64,000 nucleotides of DNA, from the NCBI RefSeq assembly GCF_009914755.1, contig NC_060947.1; one strand, given 5' to 3'. The stretch is from the human T2T-CHM13v2.0 reference genome, Homo sapiens. The stretch's first letter is position 1. Each line of letters starts with the position of its first letter. Shown here in pieces: positions 62,358-64,000 of the stretch. The notes beneath the pieces were generated by a model that was not told where the DNA came from, did not search any database, and saw only the letters and a program-made list of their open reading frames with translations. A program made the translations under genes and the position numbers.

Positions 62358-64000
62358 TTAATGTGAAAACTCAGGAGCCAAGTTAATGTTCTTTTCTAGA
62401 CGTAAGTAAATCCTGCACGGCAACGGGCCACAAAGCAGGGAGATCTCTTAGGTTGGTAAATGTAGGGATTTAAGAATTCTTGGTGATGATGGGATATAAG
62501 AGATCCCTAGTTTCACAACCAAGTTTGTCAGATAGGTAAATTCAGGTCAGAGAGGTTTTAAGTGTTTGAACCAAGACTAGAAAAAGTACCTACTTAAGTA
62601 CAGTCTCCTTTTTCCAGTCTACCTTAGCATTGGGCTAAGCCTTTTTACTCATTAAGTGAAAGGCTGGGAGGGCACATTCCAGAGATGGGAAGCAACAGAA
62701 AAGTCAGAAAGTACAAGGAGTTGTGCTGGGCTAGAGAGGAGAGTTTGGGTAATGAGGATATTTGTTGTTTCAGTAACTAAACTCTCCTGGATAAGCTCTA
62801 AGAATGTCTGCCTAATCCTGATTTCTATTTTCTAGTCCTTACAGTCAGAATATGTTCTAGGGGTTATGCTTCCTACATACGGGCAAAAGGTTAACAGCCT
62901 TTCAGAGATTCTCAAGAAGTGACTCATTCAGAGTCCTCTAGACAGCATTTAATTCTTTAACTATAGATGGGGTTTGACCGGGTGGGAGTGTCATTGGTCT
63001 TACAGCTCCAATTAATTATTTTACCTTCCTCTTTTCCACTCACTTTACATTTTCCCTCCTGAGTTTTAATGATGCAAACAGCACTGAGGCACCATCATCT
63101 TCCATACCTAAACTGAAATGGATTCACATAATAGTTTTACAGCACTGAGCATTCAAGTCACATTTGCTGTCTGGTTTGCCTAGCTCTGCTTAATGGCCAA
63201 CAGAAAATACTCTCAGAGACCTTTATAGGAAAGCAGAGGACTTCTTAACATAATAATAGCATCTTAACAATTCGCTGGAATGCATTATGGGCTTAGCTGG
63301 TTTTAAGATTCTGGCCCTTTCCAAGCTTCTGATGTACTTTTTTTCTTCTCACTCCCCAAAATGAACCTCATTCTCTTAATTTATCAGTCACTCAAAATCT
63401 GAGTGACTTGAAAATTGAAGACCATCCACTTGGATAAATTATTTGGTGTAATAATGCCTAACGATACAACCTAAATAATCATAGCAAACCCTGCCCTCAA
63501 GATCCCAGTCCCATATCCTATTACCCCATAAGGCTATTGAATCAGCCTAACTTACAGAATAACTGGTTCTTAGGTACTGCCAATGAACTGCAGTGTTGAC
63601 AGTAAAATTACATGTACTATTTATCAGCTTAAAGATCTATTGTAGTCCTAGAGGACAATCACAGAGATGGCTGCTGCTTAAATGCAGATGGCTGGAACTC
63701 CAGTTACAATGACTGACCTGAAGTACAGTAGCTAGTGAGGGAGCTCAGGTACTAATGACATCCTTAAAAGAATGCATCTGAAATTTTCAACAGATACATG
63801 CTCATGATGAATACTTTGAATGACAAAAAAAGCTTAAAGTGGCTGTCTGCACTTACTGAAAAGGAAGTGGGAAAAATATTTCTTTCACTTAGTTTTAGGG
63901 GAAGTGATGTATAACAGTTGCTGGGGTTGGGGAAGGGATGTAGTTAATTATACACAGCACTAGTTTCCTGATTGAATAGGATATCCCAGCTATCACAAGG

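Overview
Primate DNA, almost certainly human Xq26, judged by the USP26 protein sequence and the Alu/L1PA/LTR12 content. The only supportable gene is USP26, a 913-aa ubiquitin-specific protease with an intronless CDS on the minus strand (34195-36936). It has a good splice acceptor 76 nt upstream of the ATG, so 37013-64000 is probably 5'-UTR intron. The rest of the window is transposon-rich: a full-length young L1PA (+, 18.4-24.5 kb), a full-length older L1PA (-, 44.9-51.4 kb), a solo LTR12/ERV9 LTR, an ERVL pol/dUTPase remnant with nested insertions, MaLR/MLT2 LTRs, MER DNA-transposon relics and about 20 Alus. I see no evidence of a new multi-gene system. The best non-obvious signals are a probable L1 3' transduction bracketed by a CpG-decayed 15-bp TSD, a retained ORF0 start in that L1, a fused inverted-Alu junction, and transposon promoters around the USP26 coding exon. 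Repeat subfamily names are from memory of consensus sequences, not a database search, and boundaries are approximate.
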